DNA of 63,725 nt, filler included, from Dugesia japonica (taxonomy: Eukaryota): the NCBI GenBank assembly GCA_001938525.1. It is 5 parts of 5 records of this genome, joined end to end, with 100 filler letters (N's around TTAATTAATTAA, not from the genome) between each part and the next. Parts side by side here need not be neighbours in the genome. Positions count along the whole stretch, not along the records: positions 1 to 14,987 come from MQRL01511549.1; 4 more parts are not named here. The stretch is one strand, 5' to 3'. Each line of letters starts with the position of its first letter. The first letter of the stretch is position 1. The translations under genes and the position numbers were made by a program. Below the pieces are notes generated by a model. That model was given only the letters and a program-made list of their open reading frames with translations, did not search any database and was not told the DNA's origin. Shown here one piece after another: positions 1 to 11,499 of this stretch.

Positions 1-81
1 AGCCACGCCAACATTTCCTAATACTCCTATGTGCATGCACATAGGGATCAGAAAATCAATCAGGATAGAAATTCAGGATAG

Positions 82-150
82 AAGAGAGTCATAGTTACTC
101 CCGCCGTTAACCAGCGCTTAATTGAATTTCTTCACGTTGACATTCATAGC
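82..150 (-). rRNA. Short 28S (LSU) rRNA pseudogene fragment ending at the R2 retrotransposon target site
   Basis: The reverse complement gctatgaatgtcaacgtgaagaaattcaattaagcgctggttaacggcgggagtaactatgactctctt closely matches the conserved eukaryotic 28S segment ...CTGAATGTCAAAGTGAAGAAATTCAA...GGCGGGAGTAACTATGACTCTCTTAAGGTAGC. The match stops just before AAGG^TAGC. Confidence 0.9.
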
Positions 151-303
151 TACATTTCTCATTAATAAAAGGTAATTTAATAACTTTGTTGGTTTTGGTT
201 TGATTTTATTTTGTTTATTATTTAATGATAAATATTTCGATATAATTTTATTTGGATATTCATTATTTAAAAAATAATTTTTTATCAACTTGAGAGAAAT
301 CAA
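151..303 (-). mobile_element. Penelope-like element fragment (thumb/linker region), same family as 49560-51520
   Basis: The ORF ISLKLIKNYFLNNEYPNKIISKYLSLNNKQNKIKPK is near-identical to ISLKLIISKVLNNSYSNKIIPKYLSSNTIYNKIKPK at 50610-50720. Confidence 0.7.
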
Positions 304-1029
304 TNNNNNNNNNNNNNNNNNNNNNNNNNNNNNNNNNNNNNNNNNNNNNNNNNNNNNNNNNNNNNNNNNNNNNNNNNNNNNNNNNNNNNNNNNNNNNNNN
401 NNNNNNNNNNNNNNNNNNNNNNNNNNNNNNNNNNNNNNNNNNNNNNNNNNNNNNNNNNNTTAAAATGTCCAGAAAAGGAATCTGAAAGTCAATTGATTTC
501 TCTTAAGTGAATTTAATAATCATTAATACTGTTAGCTAATTCTAAAATGATTTCTAAAAAAATCAGTTACAAAGAAAATATCATCTAATAACAAAGTCAA
601 AATATCGAATCAATCTAAAAAAACTTTTTTTTTGATCGAAGCTTTTATTTTAAATGAATTCTAAAAAACGATTAAAAACCTCAAAACTCTCCATAAATTG
701 TATTTATTATTACAAGTGTATTTGTTTAAAATAAAAATTATGTCAAGAATAATTCATAGTGTTCAAACAAATAATCTGAGAAATTTTTCAATAAAATAAT
801 AAATATTCTATTTTACATAAAAATTTATAAAATATTTTTTAATATTGACTTTTTAATTTGATGAAATATCTCATTTTACATAAAATTTCATAAAATATTT
901 TACCTAATAATTTCATTAAATAAATNNNNNNNNNNNNNNNNNNNNNNNNNNNNNNNNNNNNNNNNNNNNGTTTTAAAAATAAATTTTAATATTATATATA
1001 TAAAAATTAAAGAAAGATAAATCTATGAA

Positions 1030-1790
1030 TAATTCTTACATCCTCCTTCTTTAAATATTTTTTAATCTTTTCCACATTTATTTCAATAATCTTGAATTCT
1101 GAACGCTTCATTAGGTATCTTCTATCATGAATCTGTTTTATCACCTCGTATGAACCTGTATATCTTTCTTTGTCTTTTGATATGTTTTCCACCTTAATTA
1201 GCACATNNNNNNNNNNNNNNNNNNNNNNNNNNNNNNNNNNNNNNNNNNNNNNNNNNTTGATATGTTTTCCACCTTAATTAGCACATCGTCTTCAACTTGA
1301 AAATGTCTCTTTGTTGGTGTCAACTCTCCGTATTCTTCATTCTTTTCACCATTATTGTACCATTTTTTAATGTTGCATTGATGTAATCTCTGGTCGTTCT
1401 GAAGTGCCGCTCTACTTTATGTCTTCCCACTCTTTTATTGTTTTAAATACATCATCTACTTTTTATATTTTTCCTGATTTGATTTTATGTTTAATCTTTT
1501 TGTCGTTGCAACTATTCATTGTTATCTCTTTTGTTAAGTCCTCTTTGTTCCATTTATGAGCCATTAACTTATCTACAAATCCTTTAATCTTCATTTTATA
1601 AATATATTTATGTTCTTCATTCCTTCGATAATTTATAGCTTCCTCCATATCTTTAATCACTGTTGATGGTCTAAAGAAAGCCTTTCTGAATCTTTCTTCT
1701 AATCCCAATGATTCGTCTTCATTTCCATATATTCCATGCAGTTCTTTATCTATGAAAGTAACTACAAAACAAACTCTTTTGGCCTTTCTT
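1030..1790 (-). mobile_element. Internally deleted Ty3/Gypsy remnant: gag fragment joined to the integrase C-terminus
   Basis: Gag piece EEAINYRRNEE...KLMAHKWNKEDL is homologous to the gag at 60816-61500 (VLSYRRQEE...LLMAHNDKEE). It is followed by a GPY/F-like integrase tail KDKERYTGSYEVIKQIHDRRY. No RT or RNase H lies between them. Confidence 0.65.
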
Positions 1791-2269
1791 TGTTCCGATT
1801 ATATTAAAATATTTCATTTTCTTCAGGATAAATTTTTCGACATCATCTCCCAATTAGAAAAAAAATAATAAAAAATGGGTTTTCTATTTTGCAAATATTT
1901 TCTCAAAATATTAGATTAACACAACTAAATGACTGATATTAGTTTACTTTGTCTTCATTTCTTCCTGTGAAAAAATATCAATTTCGCGTTTTTTTAAATA
2001 AATAAATGCATCTGATAATATTAATACAAATCAATAAAACAGAAACGATATGTAAAAAAAAACAATTTAATTATATTAACTGAAAAAATAATACATCTAA
2101 TTATATTTTTTGTAATCTACTTACAAATTATGAGTAATCAAATTATTTTTATTTATGTTAAAAATTTAAAATAACAAAAAAATTTACTAATTTAATTAAC
2201 GTTTCGTAATTTTTAGTATTTATAATATTGATTACTGATTTTTTGATTTTGATTCCTGACATAATTTGT

Positions 2270-2650
2270 CAGCAAATCATTTACAATTTCATCATTACTT
2301 AACCTGAATTCAATACACAGTTAATTTAATTTCTTACTCGTTTCTCGAACTTTGCAAATCTCTCTTCTGATTCTTGTTTAACTGTTGCAAGCTCCATTAT
2401 CATTTCTGTAATAGATTTCTTCATTGTAAAAGTGTCTACAAACCACTTTTTGCATCTTCTTGCGTAATTCCATCCCACTTAAAAATTTTTCTAAAAACTC
2501 CGGCTTCTTCTGATAAGAATAGATAAAAAATTCCCATCAAGCTTAAATCATTCACAATAAGCCATTCATCGAATTCTTTCAGCCATGATGTAGCTTCTGA
2601 AGCATCTTTGCCATTATATTTTTTTATATTTAAATTGATCACCTGAGTCT
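2270..2650 (-). mobile_element. Ty3/Gypsy gag N-terminal remnant
   Basis: IKKYNGKDASEATSWLKEFDEWLIVND...LFLSEEA resembles the retrotransposon gag N-terminus (F/YxG...WL). Confidence 0.55.
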
Positions 2651-3289
2651 TCTTAGGTCAGGCTTCTAAAATTAATTTTCGTTGTTAGCATGTCAAAACA
2701 TTAACATTTTCAACGTGCTAGCCAGTTAAGTTACTTCAAAAATCAGTCTTCATTAAAATATTTATTATTATTCAAAATTACAGAATTTTTAAATAATATT
2801 AAAACAAAGTATTAATCATTGTAACTACCAATCATATCAGGAATCAAGATATGGATCTGCGGTGGGAGTGCGGTCATAAGATTAAACATAAAATCAAACA
2901 TTTATTTAACAATTGCAGCATTTAGCTATGAGAAATTATTTGTCAAAATCTTTTGATAAATAAAACAATTATCCAATAATAACTAGTTTCATTGTTTATG
3001 TTTAATTAAGAAATTATACAATTGTTTTACAAAAGGTTTACATAACGTTTTTTTGAAATAAATTGTTACAATGTAAATTATATTTTCAATAGAACTCTTN
3101 NNNNNNNNNNNNNNNNNNNNNNNNNNNNNNNNNNNNNNNNNNNNNNNNNNNNNNNNNNNNNNNNNNNNNNNNNNNNNNNNNNNNNNNNNNNNNNNNNNNN
3201 NNNNNNNNNNNNNNNNNNNNNNNNNNNNNNNNNNNNNNNNNNNNNNNNNNNNNNNNNNNNNNNNNNNNNNNNNNNNNNNNNNNNNNNNA

Positions 3290-3750
3290 AAATTTTTATT
3301 AACTGCAAAAGATTTTGTCTGATTATCCGTTAACAATGGGTAATTAAAACCATCGAAACAAACTATTTACAAAGTTTAAATGACTATTAAAATAATTTAT
3401 ATCAATTTAAATGTAATTGTTGTGATATTACATAAATTGGAGAGACTTCCCATCATTTCTGCACCAAAGTTCAAGAGCATAGTAAAAATAATGAAATTAG
3501 TAATATTGTTGAGCATCGAAAAACATGTATAAAGTCAATCGGGTTTTCTGATTTTAAAGTCTTTTGCAGTGAATTTATTAATTATTGGGATAAGTGATGT
3601 GTAAAGCTTTGTTGCTAATGACATAATATTTAAAAAGATATATTCAGTTGACGGATTCAACATCGCTCTTAAAATTATGTTATTGATTATTTATTGAGAT
3701 TGCATAATTGTAATTATATAGTCATTTAAACTTTGTAAATAGTTTGTTTG
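3290..3750 (+). mobile_element. Penelope-like GIY-YIG endonuclease remnant with a partial inverted duplication
   Basis: The plus frame from ~3396 reads NLYQFKCNCCDIT*IGETSHHFCTKVQEH...VEHRKTC, a GIY-YIG/CCHH pattern. Segment 3356-3388 recurs inverted at 3718-3750. Confidence 0.65.
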
Positions 3751-4479
3751 GTCGCTTAGCAAAACTTTACATGGGAATAGAATTTAAAATTCGAGTATAA
3801 ATAAAACAATTATTATATAATACAATAACAAATAATTAAAACTTATTTCAAATATATAATAACAATATTTTTTAATTAAGTGAGAAAATGTTTTTATAAA
3901 TTGCTATAAATTAATAAAAAATGATTTTAGTATTAAAAACATAAATATACCACAAAACTTTTATTTGGAAGCTAGGAATATTTTGAGAAGCATGGTGTAG
4001 AAAAATCTTTATACGTTTATTGGACAAAACGTACAAATTTCTAATTTCTTCAGAATATTCGACAGAAAAATGAAATTATGGTTTCAAATCAGTGGAATAA
4101 GTTTTATATTAAAAAGATATTTAAATAGAAAAATTAAGACACATAGCACCTCTACGTTTTCAAAACACCAATACTATCCGTTTAGAAAAATGAAAAACAG
4201 GTTTTATTGCCAAAAACATGGTAGAGCTTGAATTAAAAGCAATCAGAAGCAAAATCCACATAGAAGGAGAATTTAAACATAATTTAATCGATCGCTGAGA
4301 AGCATTGAATATCAATTAAAGGCAGGAGGAAGATATTTTACTGCTGCATATAGTAATAACACAGCTTGATGTTTTTACCCCATCAGCAGATAATTTTAAA
4401 CATAAATGATCATTTATCCTAGCTCCATTGTCTTTGGAATAAATTAGGGAGTTAATATATTTTGAAAATTGCAAGTGTA

Positions 4480-4985
4480 GAAGATTTTCACGGTAGAAAA
4501 TTTACTCTAAAAACTAATCATAAACCCCTTACTTCCATTGCTTTACAAGAATGCCTTTTGGAATAGCTGCAGCACTTGAAACGTTTTATTAATAATTATC
4601 AAAAGTATTATGAAGATATATTAATATTTTTAGAATATCAGATTATCAGTGCAAGATTTTAAAAGAATTCAAGAATCAGGATTGAGAATTATACCGCAAA
4701 AAAGCTAGCATAAGTCAAATATTTGGGACATGCCACAAACGAGAATGACGTTTTTACTGATTCAACAAACATTGAATGGATAAAATAATTTCGCAAGACC
4801 TAAATGTATGAAGAACTTAAAAAGCTTTTTTGGGAATATTCAATTAGTATAGGTGATTTATCAATAAAAACTCAAAGAAAGCTATAAGTGTGAAAGATAT
4901 ATGTGAAAGGATAATAAAAAACTTATGTGGTCTAAAATATATAAAAGCTTTTAATGAGATGACAGAATCATTAACAAAAGCACCG
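4480..4985 (+). mobile_element. Highly degraded Ty3/Gypsy pol (RT/RNase H) fragment
   Basis: Motif remnants TNHKPL, FTRMPFGIAAALETF and FWGIFN*YR*FI in plus frames. Confidence 0.55.
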
Positions 4986-6299
4986 ATATCGAAATTCCGA
5001 GATATTATAGGTTTCAATATTGCTGCAATTTGTTTGCCTATAATACTGTATTTCCAATCCACATTTTTAACTCCGGATATAGTATTAGTAATACTTGATG
5101 CATCCTTTTTTCCGTTGATAGTTCTAATAGTTCACAATTCTCCATGATCTCTTATGATACTGCTACTAATTGTTCGTTTTGTGTCGGCTTTTGACGTGTT
5201 GCTCCTTTTGTCGTCATAGATCCTCTTGGTCGTCCATGCGCCTTTCGTTCCGTCTCTACACCGACTAATATTTTTTTATATATTTTGTGATCTGTTGTTT
5301 CTTCTTGATTATCCGTAGTTTCGATTGAATTATCTGTTGTCGTTATTTCCTCTTCAAATTCTACTGATAGACCTGTATTTTATTCTCCAAATTCGTATTC
5401 TGATGTAATTAGCGTACTTGCGTTTTGCTCGAATTCCATTAATGACGATGATTTTTGTTTTGCTCCTTCTGGTATTCTGGGTGGTGACCATATTTCGTCA
5501 TTAATATCATAGTATACTTCTCTAGGATTGAACTTATCTTTCATTGTCTTCTCCTTTTTCACTGGTTTTATTGTCATTGTTGCTGGTTCAAAATGAGTTA
5601 TTTGTATCTTTTCATCCTCTTCGCTTGATAATCCAAATAATTGTTCCATAATATCATATTTTTTGTCGTAATTTCTCTAGAGATTGTATGTCCTTTTGGC
5701 TTCGCTGATATATGGTGGTTCGTACGGTATTCTCTCCTTTATATCTCCAATTGTTTCGTATGCTAGACTGGCTATCTTAGTTTCGTATCCTTTCGGATCT
5801 ATTATTTGAAGGCGCTATTGTCGAGGTTCAATTTCACGTGTTTTTAGATCTCGCCATTTTTTAATGATTGCTCTGAACTGTATTGGCCTCCTCTCACACT
5901 CTTCCTTAAATCGTAATATTTTAAATGCCAGGTCTCTTAGTTCGTTTATTGGTAAATTACTTTTTAGAATCTGTTTTGCTTATTCTTGAACTTGGTCCCT
6001 TGAAATATTCGTTTCATTAATTCACTGTTTCTGATGCATAGTTGTTTGTTTTCTTTGTATATCTCATCATTGCTAACCTTTCTACCCATCTGTATAACTC
6101 CTGATTCAATCGGTATTGACGACTCAATGCTTGTCATGACCGTAACATTGTCACTTCTTCCGTAAAATCGAAATCTAATTCCTCAGGGTGTATTTGTAAT
6201 TCCCATGGCACTATCGGGTTCATATTCTCCACAAAATACTGCATCGTTTTCTGAAATAAACTTTCTCTTATTCGGGTATACGGATTTATGTCTCCATCT

Positions 6300-8890
6300 C
6301 CAGATGCAAATACGTATATATTCATCATTTGATCTGACCATATTCCTGACAATTTGATTGCATCACGGTCAAGATCTTCTGTGATTACCTTACCGCAATA
6401 GATTACAATATCTTCTCTTTTTACTTTTGAAATATTTTCTTTGTCTATTAACGATTCTTTATTCACATACTTTAATATCTGTTTTATCAATTTCTCCCAT
6501 GTTGTCATCATTTTTACTTCAAATTCTTTACTTGACTCGTCTGGAAAGTGAGCTGTCACTTTCACTACTTGTCTTGGCGTCTGTGCCTGCAATAAGACTA
6601 TTGCTGTTACTACTTCATTGAAATGTTCCCCACATATTAAGCCTAGTTGATTCATTCGATCTATTACCTCTATTGTTTCTCTACTTTTAATATAATTTTA
6701 ATTATTTAGTATTATTAGCCCAATTTTGCTACATTCTATTTCCACGATTTCCACGGTTCCACTTCATTTCCCACAGTTATTGTAAATTATATTTGATCAT
6801 CATATACTAATTTCAGATAATCCATTTTATCTATTTTCTCTTGATATACTTTTTTCATATTTGTGCTCATTCTACTAACTGAAATTATCAACACTTCTCA
6901 GTTGTCCGTCATCATATTCTATTGTTAATTCTGTTATCTCACCAGGTCTTAACCTGAACTCAATTAAGTGCATATCTCGATTATTCAATTTATCTCGTTC
7001 AATTATCATGTTATCAAATATAATTCTATATCTTTCCAATCCACGTTCTAGCGGTAATTCACTAAAAATATCTTTTAATTCACCGACTGTTAACGTCTTG
7101 AGTTTTTTAATTATTTTTGTTTGCATCGTTATCACTAATTTTCGTCTATAGTCGGATAATTGATTTTAACACCAACATCTGCTCCTACTGTTTCCTTTAA
7201 TACCTCGCCCTTGTACATATCGATTAACTCTGGGTGCTTACTGCGTTTTCCTCCCCTCATTAGCTGATAATAATGTTCATCCCATTATTCTCCAGTACGA
7301 CTGTTTCGGGATTCCGTCTTTACGAAATAGGGTTTCTTTGATATAATTTTCTATCGTTAACACATTCTGATAGTATTCGTGATCTGAATTATCGTCTGTT
7401 GATATTGGTGGTTCGCTAAACTCATCGATACTTATAGCAGTCATACTTGTTGGTTGTTTCAGGTTCTTTTTATTTCTACTCAATAATTTGTTTGATATTG
7501 ATCTTATCATAAATAATCTTCCTTGACTCGTACCAGGTTTGTTGTCTTCTGTTTTTGATTCTATAATTTGATCCTGTTGTTTTTGGAGTTTCAGATGTTT
7601 AATAAGCGGAACAATGTAACTCATGTAACATTCATCCAATGATTTCAAAATTTCCTCGGTTGCTCGAAAATCTAAGTGCGACCATAATTTTTCTTTATCT
7701 TTACACACTCGTTCTTTGTCAGTCACTCTGACTTTTAGTTCTCATCCTGGTTTGACTCAATAAGTATATGCATGCTCATTAACATCACCTTGATCTACAA
7801 TCATTGTTGGAGTATGTATTATATATTCCGTTATCGGTTTCGGCCACTCTAATTTCGATAAAGCTTCCAGTAGATCTCGGACTGTTAATCCTTTGATTTT
7901 CACGACTCATAGACGATGGTATTTTGTCATTTCTTGTAAGTTCGTTGAATTCCACATCTTTTCGCTTATTAGTACTGGCTTGATTGATTCTCCAACCCAG
8001 ATAAAATAATCCTTGCTTTTGATTACTTTATTACCTCAGCTTTGTATTCCTCGATTAGCGGCTTTCCTTTCTCTTTCGTTGTAATATCCATATGACCTGG
8101 ATCCGTTAACTCTACCAAATGATTCATTGTCATCCCATAACGTCGCCTGTTTAATTTATTTTTTAAATTCCGTGTTATTGCGAATATGTTTTTGATAGCT
8201 TTTGTCGAATCATTTACATCTTTGATCGGCGCTATAGGTTCCTTGATAGCTCGTTTTACCTTTTGTAAGACTTCGATTGTCTCGATTTCTTCTTTGATTG
8301 TATTATCTACATCATCTTCAGTCTCAGATATATCTTTAGTTTTCATCATATTTACTTGTGTGATTAACCGTTGATTGCTTCTTGGAGCTTTTATTTCTGT
8401 TCCCGTCATCATCAGTTTTATCTCTTTTATGCAGTTTTCTATTTTTTATTAATGATAACTGATTCTTTTGTGGGTAAAATGGTTGGTTTGAAATTGAATT
8501 GATTGGAAAAGTGCAAATTTTTGTATTTGTTGTAATTGATTCTCGTATTTCATTAGTATATCGATGTAACTTTCTTTTAAATGAATTTATAATTTCTTCC
8601 AAAGTTCAAAATTGTAAGTATTGCCACACTGGTTGTTTTCTTTTATAAACTTCCGGTAAATTCAAGACTTGTATTATCTCTTTACGTCCAGGCCTGATTC
8701 CATAGTTAGTTATAGGAGCATCGACATCGTCCTGTTCAATTACTCTCGTCTTTGAACATATTACATAGTTGTCTAATGGCTCTTCTAATACTTGTTCGTT
8801 TTTAATAGCACAAAATAGTCCTCCCATCGTATTGTTTTGCAAGGTGACCTGACATGGTGCTATTTTTTTGTCTGATTCTTTGAAATGTTT
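6300..8890 (-). pseudogene. Array of ~5 divergent ubiquitin-like (beta-grasp) domains in the element A polyprotein
   Basis: Repeated TxxxL...YxI...I(E/D)...Yx(I/V/L)(R/K)PG units at ~8660-8890, 7725-7900 and 6900-7170. Also TIENYIKETLFRKDGIP at ~7300-7365, and VKVTAHFP...FEV...IVIYCGKVITED...LSGI at 6310-6570. Confidence 0.6.
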
Positions 8891-9439
8891 AGTTTTTTGT
8901 ATATCGTAACTATAAAATCGTCTGGCTTTGTTTGCTCTCTCATTTCGTTTTCGTATTCCCAGATCATTGGCTGCATTCCTCCCTGATAGTTGGGTTTAGA
9001 TGGCTACATTCCATTAGTTCCATAACGTGATTCATTTATTTCCTATAAGTCTTTCTGTTGATCATGCATTTGAATACTTGTATTAATTTGAGTTTATATT
9101 CTACCAGTCGTTTTACCGATGTTTGTTCACTCTTTGCGATCTTTACTTCCGTTTCATTGACTGTTCGCATCATATTCACTCGACCTCATCTCATCTGCGC
9201 AACCCGCTTGTTCCTGTTTGAGTTTATCATATACTCGTCGTTAAGTTGCTTCATGTTTGTGCATTTCTTGTTGCATCATGTTAACTCGCTGTTGACTCTG
9301 CTTCTGGTTATTCTGTAATTGTGGTCGTAAGCTATTATTTTGTTGTATCCTATTTTCGATTGCTTGATTATTTGATTTGTTATTGAAGACTTGGCTATTA
9401 TTTCCATATCCACTTCCTCTCGTATTTCTGAAGCAATTT

Positions 9440-10500
9440 CTGTTACAAGTATAAAATACAATGGGTTTTGATGTATAATATTGATCTGCTGTTTTTCCTG
9501 TTCTCTGGCATAATTTACAAGTTGATGGCACTAAATGACATTCTCTGGCTATATGTCCATATTGCCCACAGTTAAAGAAGTTTTGATTACTCGCTGGTTG
9601 CCAATTATTTGGTCTATTGCCACCTTCTCCTCTTGAGTTATTTAGTTGTCTTCTGTTGTCGGAACGATTCGGTCACGGAGTCAATGATTTTAGCAAAGGT
9701 TGCGTATTTGCTGGTATTGAATTCGTTATCTTCGGGACCTTCTTTTCTCCTGAGTCTTGCTCCTCAATTTTAAAGATACTAGCTAGTTTCTGCGTAGCTT
9801 CTACTTTTTGTGATACTCTGGCTACGTTTATAGCTTGTTCCACCGTTTCTGGTTGCATTAAATTAACCCGCTTTCGCACTTCTGAGTTTCTTAGACCTTT
9901 AATAAATATTCCAAGAATTACTTTATCTTGCACCTCGTCTCCGAGGGCTAGTTTTCCGAGTTTCTACAATTCTATTACAAAAGCTGGAAAAGATTCATCA
10001 TTCATCTGTCGTCTAGCTGAAAAATCTTGGACTTCCTGTCCTTGTAATGTCAATAGTTTGAAGTTGTCTTCTAAGATCTTTTTAGCATCCTTCCATGTTT
10101 TTACACCATCGTTGACTAGTTTTGCTTTATTTCAGTATATCGTTTTTGCTGATCCTTTTAAATATAATGGTAATTGCTAGACTGCTCTCTGCTCACTCTA
10201 TCTGCACGCTTTTCTATGAATTTCGTATGCGGCTATGAAATTATCTAATTTCTCCGGGTTGCCCGAATAATGTTCTTCATTGAACTCTGTTTTCCATACT
10301 GATTCAAGTTTAACTTTAGTTCCACTTAGGCTGTCGTCCTCCGGTTTCTCAATAGGGCTAATCATTGTGTCTTGGTTATCCGTTTCATTTCCTGACATAA
10401 TTGATTCGTCACTAGATTCTAGACTGTTACTTTTACACGTGTTCAATTGACTTGATGGTCGATAGATTTTTTCCACACTGGTATGTTCAGATCTCACTGT
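9440..10500 (-). pseudogene. Gag capsid core and zinc knuckles of giant element A (disrupted by stops)
   Basis: ORF-track pieces 10198-10497, 9673-9933 and 9241-9531 join through in-frame stops. The knuckle at 9538-9583 reads FFNCGQYGHIAREC. Confidence 0.8.
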
Positions 10501-11499
10501 CAGGGCTTGTCCTTCCTGAATTCGATTGGCTCAACAATATTATACTGTAATTGCATTTTGGATCGCCGATTGGATTTGAATCTGATTCGCTAGTTTTGTA
10601 TGTTTCTGTTAAGTTATCTGTAGATCTTGTTGGAGTTGATGGAGTTCCTGGTTCTGTTAAGAATTATTGATTGTATGGTTTCTTGCTTTGTGGATTGAAC
10701 GATGCTGTTTTACTTTTCTTTTCCAAATGAATATGATTTCTTGTCTTTTGTCTAATTTCGTAGATTGTATCTGTCTGCTGAACTCGCAGTGATGAATTAG
10801 TTTTCGATCGTTTGATTTATTGAATAATATGAAAGTAAAATATGATAGCCTCCTGGCTTCTAAATTCTAGATCACTTCTTTTTTCATGTATCATTAGTTC
10901 TTATTAGTAGTTTGTTTAATATTAATACACATGCGCTTTATTATTATTTATTATTCATATACTTTTTATTATTTATTATTATATTACGCAATTTATTAAT
11001 TTTTTAATTCCTATACTTTGTTAGTTCACACAGTTCACATTTTTGCACACCTTTAATTAGTCATATATATCATATTGCACACATTATCATTGTAGGTTCA
11101 TTTTACGCCCAACTTATCTACCAATTTATTTCGTTTAATTCATTAAGTTTTACCCGCGATTTGACTTTCATCTATACTCGATTTTATTTCTCTTTAATTG
11201 TCATACCGTATTTTATTTTCATTTCTACTTTGGCCATACTTATCCCATCGTCAATTCACATTAATACACATTAATATCTTTATTCCAAAATTTCTACAAT
11301 CTTTCCTGATTGCTGCTCTGCATTTTCTAATTCTTGTTTCTCTTCTCACGATGTATATTATTTAAATTTTATTCCTCAATTTTTCCAATATCCTATATCA
11401 TGAGTTCATACTTAACTATAATTATTTTATAAATTTCGTCATTATTACGGTAAAATCTCCTTTAACATTATTCCTTAAGTCTTTTTGCAATCGGTAGGC

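Noticed and set aside
1178-1286. Direct repeat ttgatatgttttccaccttaattagcacat
   Set aside because: It flanks an N gap on both sides, typical of an unmerged contig overlap.
9617-10180. 187-aa plus-strand ORF (also 8186-8374, 9058-9318, 15885-16136)
   Set aside because: These are antisense shadows of the minus-strand gag/polyprotein frame and have no recognisable motifs.
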